From contig OZ281501.1 of assembly GCA_965637545.1 (NCBI GenBank), positions 19,530,001-19,594,000 on the forward strand: 64,000 nucleotides of DNA. Reading direction: 5' to 3'. The stretch comes from Phallusia mammillata (Eukaryota). Both the position numbers and the translations under genes were made by a program. This document shows positions 38,395 to 51,165 of the stretch, piece by piece. Positions within the stretch are counted from its first letter, which is position 1. Each line of letters opens with the position of its first letter. The notes below the pieces were generated by a model that worked only from the letters and a program-made list of their open reading frames with translations, searched no databases and was not told the origin of the DNA.

Positions 38395-39325
38395 TTTTAT
38401 CACTTATTTAACGTTTTTAAATTAAACAAAAAGTTTCCTACAACCTGAAAAACAGAACAACAACAACACTTAGCGGTTGAAAGTCGGATTCTTTCAAAAC
38501 GAAACTAAATTGGATTCTTAGTTTTTTTGCCTATTAATCTGAAGCTGCAAAAACAAATTTAACTTTGAAAAGTTTTGACCGCGTTCCGTCGAACCTGAAA
38601 GTAAAAAGATATCAGTATTAAAAAAACTAGTTTTATCTTTGACAAAATTGTTAATGCTTGATTTTTTTCTCTATGGCGTTTGTGTTTAATATGGTGATAT
38701 AAAAAGAATCCTCCAAAACGCCCAAAACAATCTAATTTTTCTGTCACAAAGATGTGAGTTAAAAACAAGTTCCCGCCGTATGTCGTTTTAAGTTTCTGTT
38801 TTTTTGCCACGGCAAAGCATTGCAGAAGTTATGAAGTTTTAATAAACTCTGGTTTTGATTGATGTCGCTATACATCGACAAATTGAAATTCGTTTACAAT
38901 TTTCTTCAGTTAAATGGCGTGTTGGATGAAGTTTGTTCGCCAAATTTGCCGCTGTAACGTTTAGTGTGAGGATATTTGGTGGAGAATTGAAAGCTACTCT
39001 TAAAGGTTTTCCACACAGAAAAGTTTTTGGTTCAAGTTTTCGTTGCAAGTAATTGTCTGGCTTTATGTGCAAGTTCGATTTTGGTTTAAATTATTTTTAG
39101 TCAATTTTAGTCAATTCGCTTGGGCACTTTCAGTTGAACGGTTAATTATTAACATTATTACTGTGGGTCATTTTAAACAGGGTCTGACCTATTCGAACGA
39201 GGCTCTGTTTTAAAATATTCGGTTTTTGTGCGAATTTGAAAACGCTGCCGGGAAACAGAGCATCCTTAGCAGCATCTTGTCCAGACCATACTACTTTGTG
39301 TTGCTTGATACGGGATGCTTTAAAA

Positions 39326-39565
39326 CAGGGGTGTGCAGCCCGAGTCCAATTGTTCTATATTTTGAGCAGATTAATGCGTCCGGTGCTATTTTTCTCCGAC
39401 CTGACAATATGAGGCTAGAATCAAATGGGAATTTTACTTGTATTTGTTAAATAGGCATATTTGGTACGCAACAAGGTAAAATCACCTAATATTAAAGGTG
39501 TGGCCCGCGATCTAATTATTGTAACTGTATTTGGCCCCAAAGTGACAAAGGTCGCACATCCCCCG
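39326..39565. mobile_element. hAT-type MITE in the B-C spacer
   Basis: caggggtgtgc ... gcacatcccccg, with 8-bp flanks ctttaaaa / gtttaaaa. Confidence 0.65.
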
Positions 39566-40659
39566 GTTTAAAACATCGGTTTGGCTAAAATTTTGGAGGT
39601 GCCATATAAAGTTTTTGTGAGGTTTGGAGCTTTTTAAACTTGTTTCCACTCAACGATCGGAATGACCGTTAGTTTGTGTGAGGTCAGGTTTCATAAATAT
39701 TACGGTGCGGCGAGATTTTAATTTTGGTTGGGTTGCGCTAAAATTTGTGCAGAAAAATGGCCGACGTTTAACTCGCCGGCGTGAGTTACACGCGTGAGTG
39801 ATTATGCCACGGTTGGCATGGGAACGGGCGGTTGTCGGGAGAGTTTTGTCATGCGGAACGTTGCGTTGAAACATTTCCAACCCACGCGCGAAGTTGGCAG
39901 GTTGTACGGTTAATTTCGGGATATTTAGGGGCGTAACTTACCGATCAAACTTTGTAAATCCAGTGGTGGGTATTTAAGTGGTTGAATATTATGTCAACGT
40001 GAGTCGGGCCCTGCACCTTTGAATACTTACAGCACACTGTGCATACTACGCATGTTTCATTGCACCGCAACCTATTTGTTTCGATGCAGACTAAACTAAA
40101 GGCGGTTTTCATGGTTTGTAATCGAGAGTTTTCGATAAACCCCCGTTTGTTTGTTAAGCCCATATTTAGTAAGCTTTGGGGGATTTTATGTTGATTTTAA
40201 CTTCCCCATACATTGAGATTGCGGGTGCAAAGGTGCGGGAAATTACAGTGTGCTATATCTGCAAGGGTCAACAAACTAAAGCTGAAGCGGAAAAAAATCA
40301 CAAAGCAGCTTTTTGAATCAGCGTGAAGCAAGCAAGCATAAATCGTTGTGTGAATAAGCTGCATGCACGACTGCACGTCACATTGCGGAAAGCAGGTTTT
40401 GCGATTAATAGAAAGCATTTGTATTTTGCGGCACACAGAAAACATTCAATTATCTTGCCAACTGAAAAAGTCAACAATCATGCAATGAACGTCCAACTGT
40501 GCGCTAAATATTCACCAAATTGAAGCAAGCATTAGCGAATAAGCGGAAGCATTGACTACAAGCATTTCCCTTGCTGGGATAAAATAATAATTATTTCTAC
40601 ATCATGCAAATCACTCAGTTAAAACGTCACCCAGCAAACAAACAAATTCTCTTTCCATT

Positions 40660-43176
40660 TTACAACGAGAAGAATCGTTGCAAAGAATATCCGACGAGTG
40701 GAGGGAGAGACATCATCAGCAAATTCTGCAATGGCATCACAGACCCGTTGCCTGTCAACAAAACTTTTTTAAATACTCGATCAAGTGGGTTTCGCTTTTT
40801 ATTTAAAGCGGCAAATCATATTAAGTGCGACTTCATTTGTCGAAAACGCTTGGGAACGTAGAATTCTGGGTATTTATATTCTGAGGCAGTTGTTTGTTGC
40901 ATTTTATATTAGGACGCCTTTTTGTCCAGTTTTAATTGGAAGTGGATTCCTAAACTTTATTAAACTTTTCACAAATCAACTTTGGTGCAAAAAGACGCAG
41001 GAAAATGTGACTGGTTTACACTTGCATGTTTTATCGTAACACGCACCTTGGTTGCAACCATGTCCTGTGCAGGTTCTGTTGCACACCCGGTAATCGACCC
41101 CGTCAACAGTAGTCTCGTTGCAGCCGTTGCCCTGATCGAAGAAAGCGCAGTCTCTGACGACATCTCGGCTGAAACCTTCTCTGTCTTCACCTGAACCGAA
41201 AAAGTTTGGGTCAGAAACGGCACTTACTGTTTTAACCAACAAGTTTGCTTACCGGTTTCCCTTACGAAGCAATATTGTTCAGCAGGGCTTTCGCAGACAG
41301 TTGCCACTGGTGGGTTGTTCAGGCAAATGTCGTATCCAGCCACAAGTCCGTCAAAGCTGGACGAAGATCTTTGAGTCCTGCATTGCACACAGCTGCTTCG
41401 GTTTGCTGGGGGAAAGTTAAGGTAAACATCTAAACTGGGATCAGTCCTAAAGCGCCGATGCAGACCAGTACAATAAAATATTTTTAAACTAGAACGACCG
41501 AAGTGAAACTTACGAAATCCGACGTTGCATCCGTCTTCAGTGCAGCTTTCCTCGCATGTCACTCTCAATGCGCTGCTTGTTCCAAGTGTTGCGTTAGTGC
41601 AAGAGTTTACAGATGTTGTGGAATCACGGCATCCGCGTTCAATTGATTCAACCAATACATCGGGATCAGCTGAACAACAATCCACAATAAACACAAAGGA
41701 AGTTTGATTCAAACACGAACCACGTACCTTGGTGGCGAAGATCGCCTTTTTCCTGATAGTAGTAGATAATTTTTGAGTAGCACTGATTCGCGGCACCTTG
41801 GCAAAGTGTTCTTCCGGTTGCGGTGGTGCATGAGTGAGAATTTCCGGTTCCTGTGCATTGTACGCAATAGAGAGCTCTATCTGCGGCCGCTACAACTCCA
41901 TCAGCTGCAAACATTCACTTGTCAACCTCGCTGTTTTCCATATTATTGCCTGTGCTTACGTGTTCCTGTGTTGCAGTTATCGGTCTGACAAGTACTGGTG
42001 CAGGTCTGTTCAGTGTGGTCGGTGAATCTGGTGTCAGAAGGGTTGGAAAACTCGCATCGGTCTTGGAAGTTGTTGGTTGTTGTGCATCCGCGGGTTATTC
42101 GGCTCGTCACCACAGCCCCAACTACAAGAAAGCGAATAAAATGGTTGAAAATCGTGCTTACCAGGAACAGAATATACTTTAATTTGCCTTTCACAGCTTC
42201 TCATTTTTGAAATAACTTACCGGCATCGTACAGGGTAGTTCTAGTTGTTGTGCAGTAAACATCTGCAGCCGGCGAGTCAATAGAGCAAGCTGTTCCTGCT
42301 GTTTTTGTGGCACAAGTGCTGTCAGTTTCCTGGGAGCATTGAACGCAAGAACGACGGGTAACTGTCACTGTGTGTAGAAAGTTGGATAATTTTGTGATGA
42401 TCGCAAATCTGATGTTGATATTTACCTGCAGTTCCACAACCAGTTCCACTGAAACCTGAATTGCAAACGCACTGACCAGTGAAGTAATTGCAATATCCTT
42501 GGTTTGTCGTGCATGTTGATGCGCATGACATCAAGCTGTCTGTAAGTTGCAACAGGTGATTTATCTTGTGATGATAAGTAATAATGTTGTAAGGTATCAA
42601 CTTACTTGCTGTGATCGTGTTACAATTGTCAGTTGTACAAGTATGGTAGCAAGTTGTCAGTTCAATTCCGTTGCCGAATACTGTATTACACTTTGGCGAT
42701 GTTGGGACGGTGGTTATTGTGGAGTCAAAGTCACTTGATGCATCTTGAACGCTTCTTTCCACAGATCTTAGGTTTCCTTAACAACAATATTCTGTCAATA
42801 CCTGCACTTAATCAACCAAATGTAGCCACTTAATCTTACCGTCGGCGATTGTGAACGTGGTGAGGCAATATGGTGTTGTGACTGTTGTCAATGACGCTGT
42901 TGGTAAGTTGGTCGTGTTGTCATAGCAATGGTTGTTGGTCTGAACTTCGTCATAAAACTGAATAGTAAGTGAGCATATTCTGCACATTCTTGTGGTCGTT
43001 GTTTGGCCTAGAGAGAAAGGAAATTTTACATTATGAGAACACCTTGCCCCGCTTGTAAATATTTCTCAAGAAACTTAGGCATTTACATTATTTAACTTTT
43101 GTTAAACTTAAAACTTACCATCGACCGAAACGAAGCAGGCAACCGCCAACATCACACAAACTATCGACAACTTCAT
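40660..43176 (-). CDS. Array copy C: 4xLU + EGF GPI-type surface protein
   Basis: ATG at 43176. LU1 begins RMCRICSLTIQFYDEVQTNNHC, the EGF reads SCASTCTTNQGYCNYFTGQCVCNSGFSGTGC, and the tail is GNGSVMPLQNLLMMSLPPLVGYSLQRFFSL*. Confidence 0.83.
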
Positions 43177-44038
43177 TCTTATCACTTATTCAATGTTTTT
43201 AAATTAAACAGAAAGTTTCCTACAACCTGAAAAACCGAACAACAACAATTGTTAGTAGGAGGATCGGACATGCGTATTCGCATCAAAAGTGAAATAAAGA
43301 TGCTCGTTTGCATTTTAGACTCAGTATTAATTTGAAAACTTTTTTCTGATGTTCTTGAGTAAAAAGTCATTTTTTCCATTTCCAACTTCGCTGCAAAGAC
43401 CTAAAAAATGGCAAAAACATGATTTTATTTTAGATAGATTTTGCACAGTATGTTTTGGAAGCCAGTGTTCATGTCGAAACAACCCATTGTTTTTTGTTAA
43501 TTTCTTGAAATGAAGCGAGAAGATGTTGGCTGCAATTTGTTTTCGCGTTTGCAATTTGGTCATATATCGAAGGACACTATTTCATTAGCGTTATTTAAAA
43601 CCTTGAATCGATCGACTGAAAACCAAGTTTCAAGACTGTGGAAATTTATTTAGTAACATAATATTAGACCAACATGTTTGTGTCGGCAGCAGCTGTAAAA
43701 AACATTACAAAGCCTTCGCATTAAGTTCAAAACGCTTGAAGTATTTTTAGTCAACCAAAATTACAAACGTTGGCAAACAAAGACTTGATTATTTTGGATT
43801 AACTTGGTAATTGGCACACAACGTTCAAAAAGTTGCCGACCCCTGATCGAAAGATTTTTACTGAAATATTAGACGACAGGTCTGTAGCACGGCTGAATTT
43901 GACTCATAACGCAACTCTAAAAATTAATCAACGAAATGTAGTGGTTTACAAATCAGAGGGAATATAATTTAGTAAAATTAGTGAAAAATGTTGTAATTTG
44001 AAAGAGTTTAAAACTAAGTGTTCCTGATCGGTCTATAC

Positions 44039-44542
44039 CAGTGGTTCTCAACCTTTTTTCTTTTTTTTTGCCCATTTTCATTGCTCAAAACTTCTGTGGC
44101 CCAGTAAACTTTTTGAAAGAAAAAAACAACAACTATTAAATAGGTTCAGAAAAGAAATGCAGAACATATTTCAAACAGATTATAAGTTCAAAATAACTTA
44201 ATGCAAAAAAATCATAAAACAGCGCTTTCCCTTCTTTAATCAAGCATGTTGAGTTATGACCGAGTAATTGGACAATTGATATGCTGCTATCTGGCTTTAT
44301 TGTAATCACAAAGTAGTTTATTACATCATAAACATAAAGTGTTGTAGAAATTCAAAGTTACTTTATACCTTAAATAGATTAATTCAAATTAATTTACATT
44401 CCTTCTCAATTCCTCCCCAAGCCATTATTCTTGTAAAATTGAGTGTAGTGACACAAATGAAAATTCTTAAAAAAAGCTTTCTATTTGATTGGTCTGTGGC
44501 CCAATCAAAATGCTTCCATGGCCCACTGGTTGAGAACCGCTG
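44039..44542. mobile_element. hAT (Charlie-like) MITE in the C-D spacer
   Basis: Terminal inverted repeats cagtggttctcaacc / ggttgagaaccgctg, target-site duplication gtctatac / gtctttac, and subterminal tggccca motifs. Confidence 0.8.
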
Positions 44543-45773
44543 GTCTTTACCGTAAGCTAAAGTGCAAAAACATAATAATTATTGCACTTATAAATATTGC
44601 TATAGTATTACTAAATAGCTGATAATACAAACCGCACCTTTCCAACATCTTGAAGCTTGACCTAAAAATGTTATCAATATGAACGCAACCGGTTTAAAAA
44701 TTGTGGATAGAGAATGAACTTTACTACACGACATAACAGCTCTATGTTGGTCTGGCGTATATATCCGTCTGTTAAAATCCTCCTTAATAATTTCAGGAAC
44801 ATCGAAGCATGCGATCAATTTTCAGACAAGATACTAATTGAACTTACAGGGTATTCCGTCTTGAGTTTTGTCGTTACCAGGAACATGTTTGTTTGTTACA
44901 CAAAACATGGGAAGAATTTTTCTAGGTTACTTCTCAGCCACCGTTTTTCAATTCAAAAAGGCTGAATTTTTCCGCTACATGCTGTGATAGTTTTAACTCA
45001 ATTAACTCATGCCTAAATGGTGGCGCATGCTTTTCTCGTTGTCGTGGAAACAAGCGGCAAGTTTTCATGCAAGATGCGATTCAGGGATAAACCACAAGAT
45101 GGGCCATGTCCAGTGTTTCTCAAAATGGGCGCCAAATCATTTACGTGGCTGTTCGCAATAATATAGGGGGTCCGGAGGTTAAATGGATTATTCGGGGCCC
45201 TGAAATAAATCTTCGAACTTAATACAGGGACATGGACAATTTGTTCACATAATACTTTAGGTAAAATGTTTGTTTTTTTAAAAAAACATTTCTTTTTAAA
45301 ATTCGAACTTGGTCAAACAGTGTCAGTGTTTGAGCCTAAATTGTCCGATTTTTTTCGTTGTTTTAGGCCGTTAGAGAAAGTGTATTGCCATCACCAGCGG
45401 TTTAGAGGGGTAATATGTGATAGAAACTTTTGAGAAACACTGGTCTGGTCACTAAACGAATGCGTGCAGTATTGGGTAAAAAATATTTAATCTGCCAGAT
45501 ACCGGTTGGAATAAATCACGCTACAACATGCAAAATGTACAACATGATACGCTTTTGCAATAAACATGGAAACTTTGTATTTGATGACATGCAGATCATA
45601 TTCAAAGTCGCGCCAACTGTCAAAGTCAGCAATCATGCAAAGAATATAAACTGCTTCAATAAATTTACAGTAAAGGTTTATAACCGGAGTTTAACACTAC
45701 ATAATATAATCTACATCATGCAAATCACACAGTTTAAACGTCACCCAGCAAACAAACAAAATCTCTGTCCATT

Positions 45774-48641
45774 TTACAACGAGAAGAATCGTTGCAAGGA
45801 ATATCCGATGAGTGCAGGGAGAGACATCATCAGCAAACTCTGCAATGGCATCGCAGACCCGTTGCCTGCAAACAAAACTTTGTTTAAATACTCGACCAAG
45901 TGTGTTTCGTTTACTTCATTTGTCGAAAACGCTTTTGAACGTAGAATTCTGGGTATTTATCTTCTGAGGCAGTCGTTTGTTGCATTTTATATCAGGACGC
46001 TTTTTGGTCCAGTTCTTATTCAAAGTGAATTCTTAAAGTTTATTAAACTTTTCACAAATCGACTTTGGTGCAAAAAGTCACAGAAAAAGTAACTGGGTTA
46101 CACCGGTATGTTTTATGGTAACACGCACCTTGGTTGCAACCATTCCCTGTGCAGGTTCTGTTGCACACTCGGTAATCGACCCCGTCAACAGTAGTCTCGT
46201 TGCAGCTGTTTCCTTGGTCGAAGAAAGCGCATCCTCTGGTGACGTCTCGGCTGAAACCTTCTCTGTCTTCACCTGAACCGCGAAAGTTTGGGTCAGAAAT
46301 GTCATTTTCCACTTTCATTGACAAGTTTGCTTACCGATTTCCCTGACGAAGCAATATCGATGAGCAGGGCTTGTGCAGACAGTTGCCACTGGTGGGTTGT
46401 TGAGGCAAATGTCGTATCCAGCCACAAGTCCGTCAAAGCTGGATGAAGACCTTTGAGTACTGCAGTCCACACATCTGCTGCGGTTTGCTATAAAAAGATT
46501 GTCAACAAACTTTATAATTTCCAAACTGGAAACAGCGCTGAAGCGTTTATGCAGAACAACGATCACGGCACACTTATTATATGTATAAACCATAATACGC
46601 CAGGCCCATTGAACGAGTCTTATCGAATCAGCCGGTCACCAAGCATTCCCGTATATGACAAGACATAAATTAGAGAAATCTAGCATGCAGTGGGATTCGA
46701 ACCCATGTCAGGGGCCATTTTCACGTCTTGCGCTTTATCAACTGTTCTAAACAGGCTACGTGTCGAGCCATAATTCAATCGGTCTGGCGTACAGTGAAGT
46801 ATTTCCAAACTAGAAAGGTTTAACGACCGAAGTGCAACTTACGAAATCCAACGTTGCATCCGTCTTCAGTGCAGCTTTCCTCGCATGTCACTCTCAATGC
46901 GCTGCTTGTTCCAAGTGTTGCGTTAGTGCAAGAGTTCACAGATGTTGTGGAATCACGGCATCCTCGTTCAATTGATTCAATCATAACATCAGGATTAGCT
47001 GAATAGCAATCCACGTTAAAGCACAAAGAAAACAGTAAAACCAACGGACGATAAAATTCTTGCTAGAACAGAATACTAAGGTTTTTATCGTCCTTTGGTT
47101 TTACTCTAATAAAAAAAAGCAAACAGTGATCGTCAGTTTAAGTCGTGCTGTGATGGTTTTCATCGATTACTAAAGTTGTCATTTTGAAAGCACAACAATT
47201 CAAACACGAACCACGTACCTTGGTAGCGAAGATCGCCTTTTTCCTGGTAGTAGTAGATAATTCTTGTGTAGCACTGATTCGCTGCACCTTGGCAAAGTGT
47301 TCTCGCGGTTTGAGTGATGCATGAAGAACCTCCGGTTCCTGTGCATTGTACGCACTGGAGAGCTCTATCTGCGGCCGCTACAACTCCATCAGCTGCAAAC
47401 ATTCACTTGTCAACTTCGCTGTTTTCCATATTATTGTTTGTGCTTACGTGTTCCTGTGTTGCAGTTATCGGTCTGACAAGTGCTAGTGCAAGTCTGTTCA
47501 GTGTGATCGGTGAATCTGTTGTCAGAAGGGTTGGAAAACTCGCATCTGTCTTGGAAGTTGTTGGTTGTTGTGCACCCGCGGGTTATTCGGCTCGTTACCA
47601 CGGCCCCAACTACAACAGACGTGAATAAAAATATTAAAGTTTTTTTCCGTCTGAGCTTGTCACAACATTTGCTTTTGTGCATTTTTAAAATAACCTACCG
47701 GCATCATACAGGGTAGTTCTAGTTGTTGTGCAGTAAACATTTGCAGCCGGCATATTAATAGAGCAAGCTGTTCCTGTTGTTTTTGTGGCACAAGTGCTGT
47801 CAGTTTCCTGGGAGCATTGGACGCAAGAACGACGGGTAACTGTCACTGTGTGTAGAAAGTTGGATAAATTTGTGATGGTTGCAAATCTGATGTTGATATT
47901 TACCTGCAGTTCCACAATCAGTTCCACTCCAATCTCCCGCACAAACGCACTGACCAGTGAAGTAGTTGCAATATCCGTTGTTCATGCATGTTGATGCGCA
48001 TGACATCAAGCTGTCTGTAAGTTGCAGCAATAAGTGATTTATCTTGTAATGATAAGTAATAACGTTGTCATATGTCAACTCACTTGCTGCGATCGTGTTG
48101 CAGTTGTTAGTTGTGCAAATATGGTAGCAAGTTGTCATTTCAATTCCATTGTTGAATGCTACTTCGCATTTTGGCGATGCTGGGACGGTTGTTATTGTGG
48201 AGTCAAAGTCACTTGCAGCATCTTGTCTGGTTCTCGTCATCATGCTCAGAACACCTAAACAGATTTGTCAAAACATGAAACTTCAAGTTTACTAACTCAA
48301 TTCACTTAATCTCACCGTCGCGGAAAACGCTCGTGGTTAAGCAATATGGAGTCATAGATGAAGTAGCAGCTGGTGGGATTAAGTTAGTTGCGTTGTCGTA
48401 ACAATAGTTGTCCGTCTGAGTCTGGTCAGCATACAAGCCCGTTGTCGCGCACACTATGCATGATCTGTTTGTTTGGCCTGAAAGAAATGTCGTATTGTTA
48501 GACGATCTTGCGTCGTGTAACTAACATTTCTCAAGAAACTCAGACATTTGCATTATTTATCTTTTATTAAACTTAAAACTTACCATTGACAGAAACGAAG
48601 CAGGCAACCGCCAACATCACACAAACTATCGACAACTTCAT
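45774..48641 (-). CDS. Array copy D: 4xLU + EGF GPI-type surface protein
   Basis: ATG at 48641. LU1 begins RSCIVCATTGLYADQTQTDNYC, and the tail is GNGSAMPLQSLLMMSLPALIGYSLQRFFSL*. Introns in the LU3/LU4 region are enlarged by insertions. Confidence 0.83.
46540..46790 (-). mobile_element. tRNA-derived SINE-like insertion in the LU3b-LU4a intron of copy D
   Basis: The minus strand reads catGGGTTCGAATCCcactgcatgc, a B-box at about 46693-46703. A homologous insert sits at the same intron in F and G and is absent from B, C and E. Confidence 0.45.
47034..47106. repeat. Small palindromic insertion unique to copy D (LU3a-LU3b intron)
   Basis: agtaaaaccaacggacgataaaa ... ttttatcgtcctttggttttact inverted arms. 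Confidence 0.6.
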
Positions 48642-49775
48642 TATTATCACTTATAATTACTGTTTTCGAATTAAACAAAATGTTTCCTACAACCTGAAAA
48701 ACAGAACAACAATAGTTTGTGGTGGGAAGACGTATTTTTTTAAAACTTAATTGGATTCTCAGTTTTTCTTATTAATGAATCTGAAGCTGCAAAACAGAGT
48801 TAACTTTGTCAAGTTTTGACCGTTTTTCCGCCGAACCTGAAAGTAAAAATATCAGTATCAGTAAAAATCTTTATCAGTAAAAAATTTTTTGTCTTTAACA
48901 AAATTCGATTTTTATTGCTTGATTTTTTTCTCTACGGCGTTTGTATTTAATATGGTGATATAAAAAGTAACCTTCCAAAACGCCCAAGACCAATCTAGTT
49001 ATTCTGTTACAAAGATGTTATTTAAAAACAAGTTCCCGCCATGTTGTGTAACAATATTTATGTAACATAATAATTGCTGTTGTAAATTTTTGTACAAATT
49101 TTTTTGGGTATGTATTTCCATTGTGTATTTTGCTCCTTGCTGCAATTTTTTCCGGGTAAACGTTTTTTTTTTTCTTAGTCTTAGTACTCTTCATAGTAAA
49201 TGAACGTTGAGTAAAAAAATTTACGTTGATTGGGCAGATAGGGCTAGGTTTGCGTTTTTTGCCATGGCAAAGCATTGCAGAAGTTATGAAGTTTTAATAA
49301 ATTGTAGTTTTCCTTGGTGCCGCTGTACATCGACAAATTGAAATGCGTTTACGATTGCAATCAGTTAAATAGCGTGTTGGGTGAACTTTGTTCGCCACAT
49401 TTGCCGCTTTGACGTTTAGTTTGAGGTTTTTGGTGGCGAATTGAAAGCTACTCTTAAAGGTTTTCAAAACAGAAAAGTTTTTGGTTCAAGTTTTCGTTGC
49501 GAGTAATTGCCTGGTTTATGCGCAAGTTCAATTATTTTTCGTCAATTAAGACCACTTACTAAACAATGGTTCGCTTGGGCACTTTTAGTTGAACGGTTAA
49601 TTTTTAACATTATTGTTGTGGATAATTTTAAACAGGGGCATCCCCATCGACCGTACGGTTTTAAATTTTCGGATTTTGAGCGAATTTTAAAACGTTGCCG
49701 GGAAACAGAACATTTTTAGCAGCGTCATGTCCAGACTAAATTATGTTGTGTTGCTTAGTACGGGTTGGTTTAAAA

Positions 49776-50103
49776 CAGGGGTGTGCAGCCTGCAGCCCAC
49801 CGGCCAAATACGGCCCTTGATTAAAGGTTGTGCAGTCCGCAGTGACGCTTGGTTTTCAAATGTACTGGCAAACGAGTCCAGTTAATATATATTTTTAAGC
49901 AGATTAATGCATCCGGTGCTATTTTTCTCCGACCTGACAATATGTGGCTAGAATCAAATGTGTATTTTACTTGTAATTGTTAACTCAATATAGGCATATT
50001 TGGTATGCAACAAAGTAAAATCACCTTGTGTTAAAGGTGCGGCTCGCGATCTAATTATTGAAATTGTATTTGGCCCCAAAGTGACAAAGGTTGCACACCC
50101 AAT
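49776..50103. mobile_element. hAT-type MITE in the D-E spacer, homologous to the one at 39326
   Basis: gtttaaaa|caggggtgtgcagcc ... ggttgcacaccc, at the same position within the duplicated spacer. Confidence 0.6.
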
Positions 50104-51165
50104 GTTCGAAACGTCGGTTTGGCTAATTTGCAGGTGCCATAAAAAGTTTTTGTGAGATTTAGAACGTTTTTAACTGTTTTACCCTATGATCGGAATGAGC
50201 GTTAGTTGTGTGAGGTTAGGTTTAATAAATATTACGGTCCGACAAGATTTTGATTTGGTTGCGCCAAAATTTAAGCTGAGCAGAAAAAAATGTCGAAAGT
50301 TTAAGTCGCCGGCGTGAGTTACACGGATGAGTGATTACGTCACGGTTGGCATGGTAACGAGTGGTATCAAAAGAGTTTGTCATGCGGAACGTTGCGTTGA
50401 AACATTTCCGACCCACGCGCGAAGTTGGCAGGTTGTACGGTTAATTCTGGGATAATTTGGCGCGTAACTTACCGGTCAAACTTTGTAAATCCAGTGGGTG
50501 GATATTTAAGTGGTTAATATAATACCAACGTGGATTGATCCTTGCACCTTGGACATACTTACTGCACATTCGACATACTACACATGTTTCATTGCACCGC
50601 AACCTATTTTTTTCAATGCAGACTATAACAAAAGGCGGTTTTCACGTTTTTTTGCCATTTTTGTAAAGCCCAACATATTTAGTAAGTTTTGGTGGATTTT
50701 ATGTTGATTTAAACTTCCCCATACATTGAGATTGCGGGTGCAAAGTTGTAGGAAATTACAGTGTGCAATATCTTCAAGGTTCAGAAAACTAAAACTGAAG
50801 CGGAAAAAAATCACAAAGCAGCTTTTTGAATCAGTGTGAAGCAAGCAAGCATAAATCGTTGTGTGAATAAGCTGCATGCACGTCACATTGCGGAAAGCAG
50901 GTTTTGCGATTAATAGAAAGCATTTGTATTTTGCGGCACACAGAAAACATTCAATTATCTTGCCAACTGAAAAAAGTCAACAATCATGCAATGAACGATC
51001 AACTGTGCGCTCAATATTCACCAAATTGAAGCAAGCATTAGCGGATAAGCGGAAGCATCGACTACAAGCATTTCCCTTGCTGGGATAAAATAATAATTAT
51101 TTCTACATCATGCAAATCACACAGTTAAAACGTCACCCAGCAAACAAACAAATTCTCTGTCCATT

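Noticed and set aside
41224-41796. 190-aa minus-strand ORF
   Set aside because: It is read-through of the LU3b and LU4a exons plus intron sequence that happens to lack stops; the splice signals define the real exons.
45430-46092. 220-aa plus-strand ORF, the longest in the window
   Set aside because: It is antisense to the copy D tail exon and 3' flank. Homologous DNA in the other units is broken by stops and frameshifts, and there is no recognisable domain.
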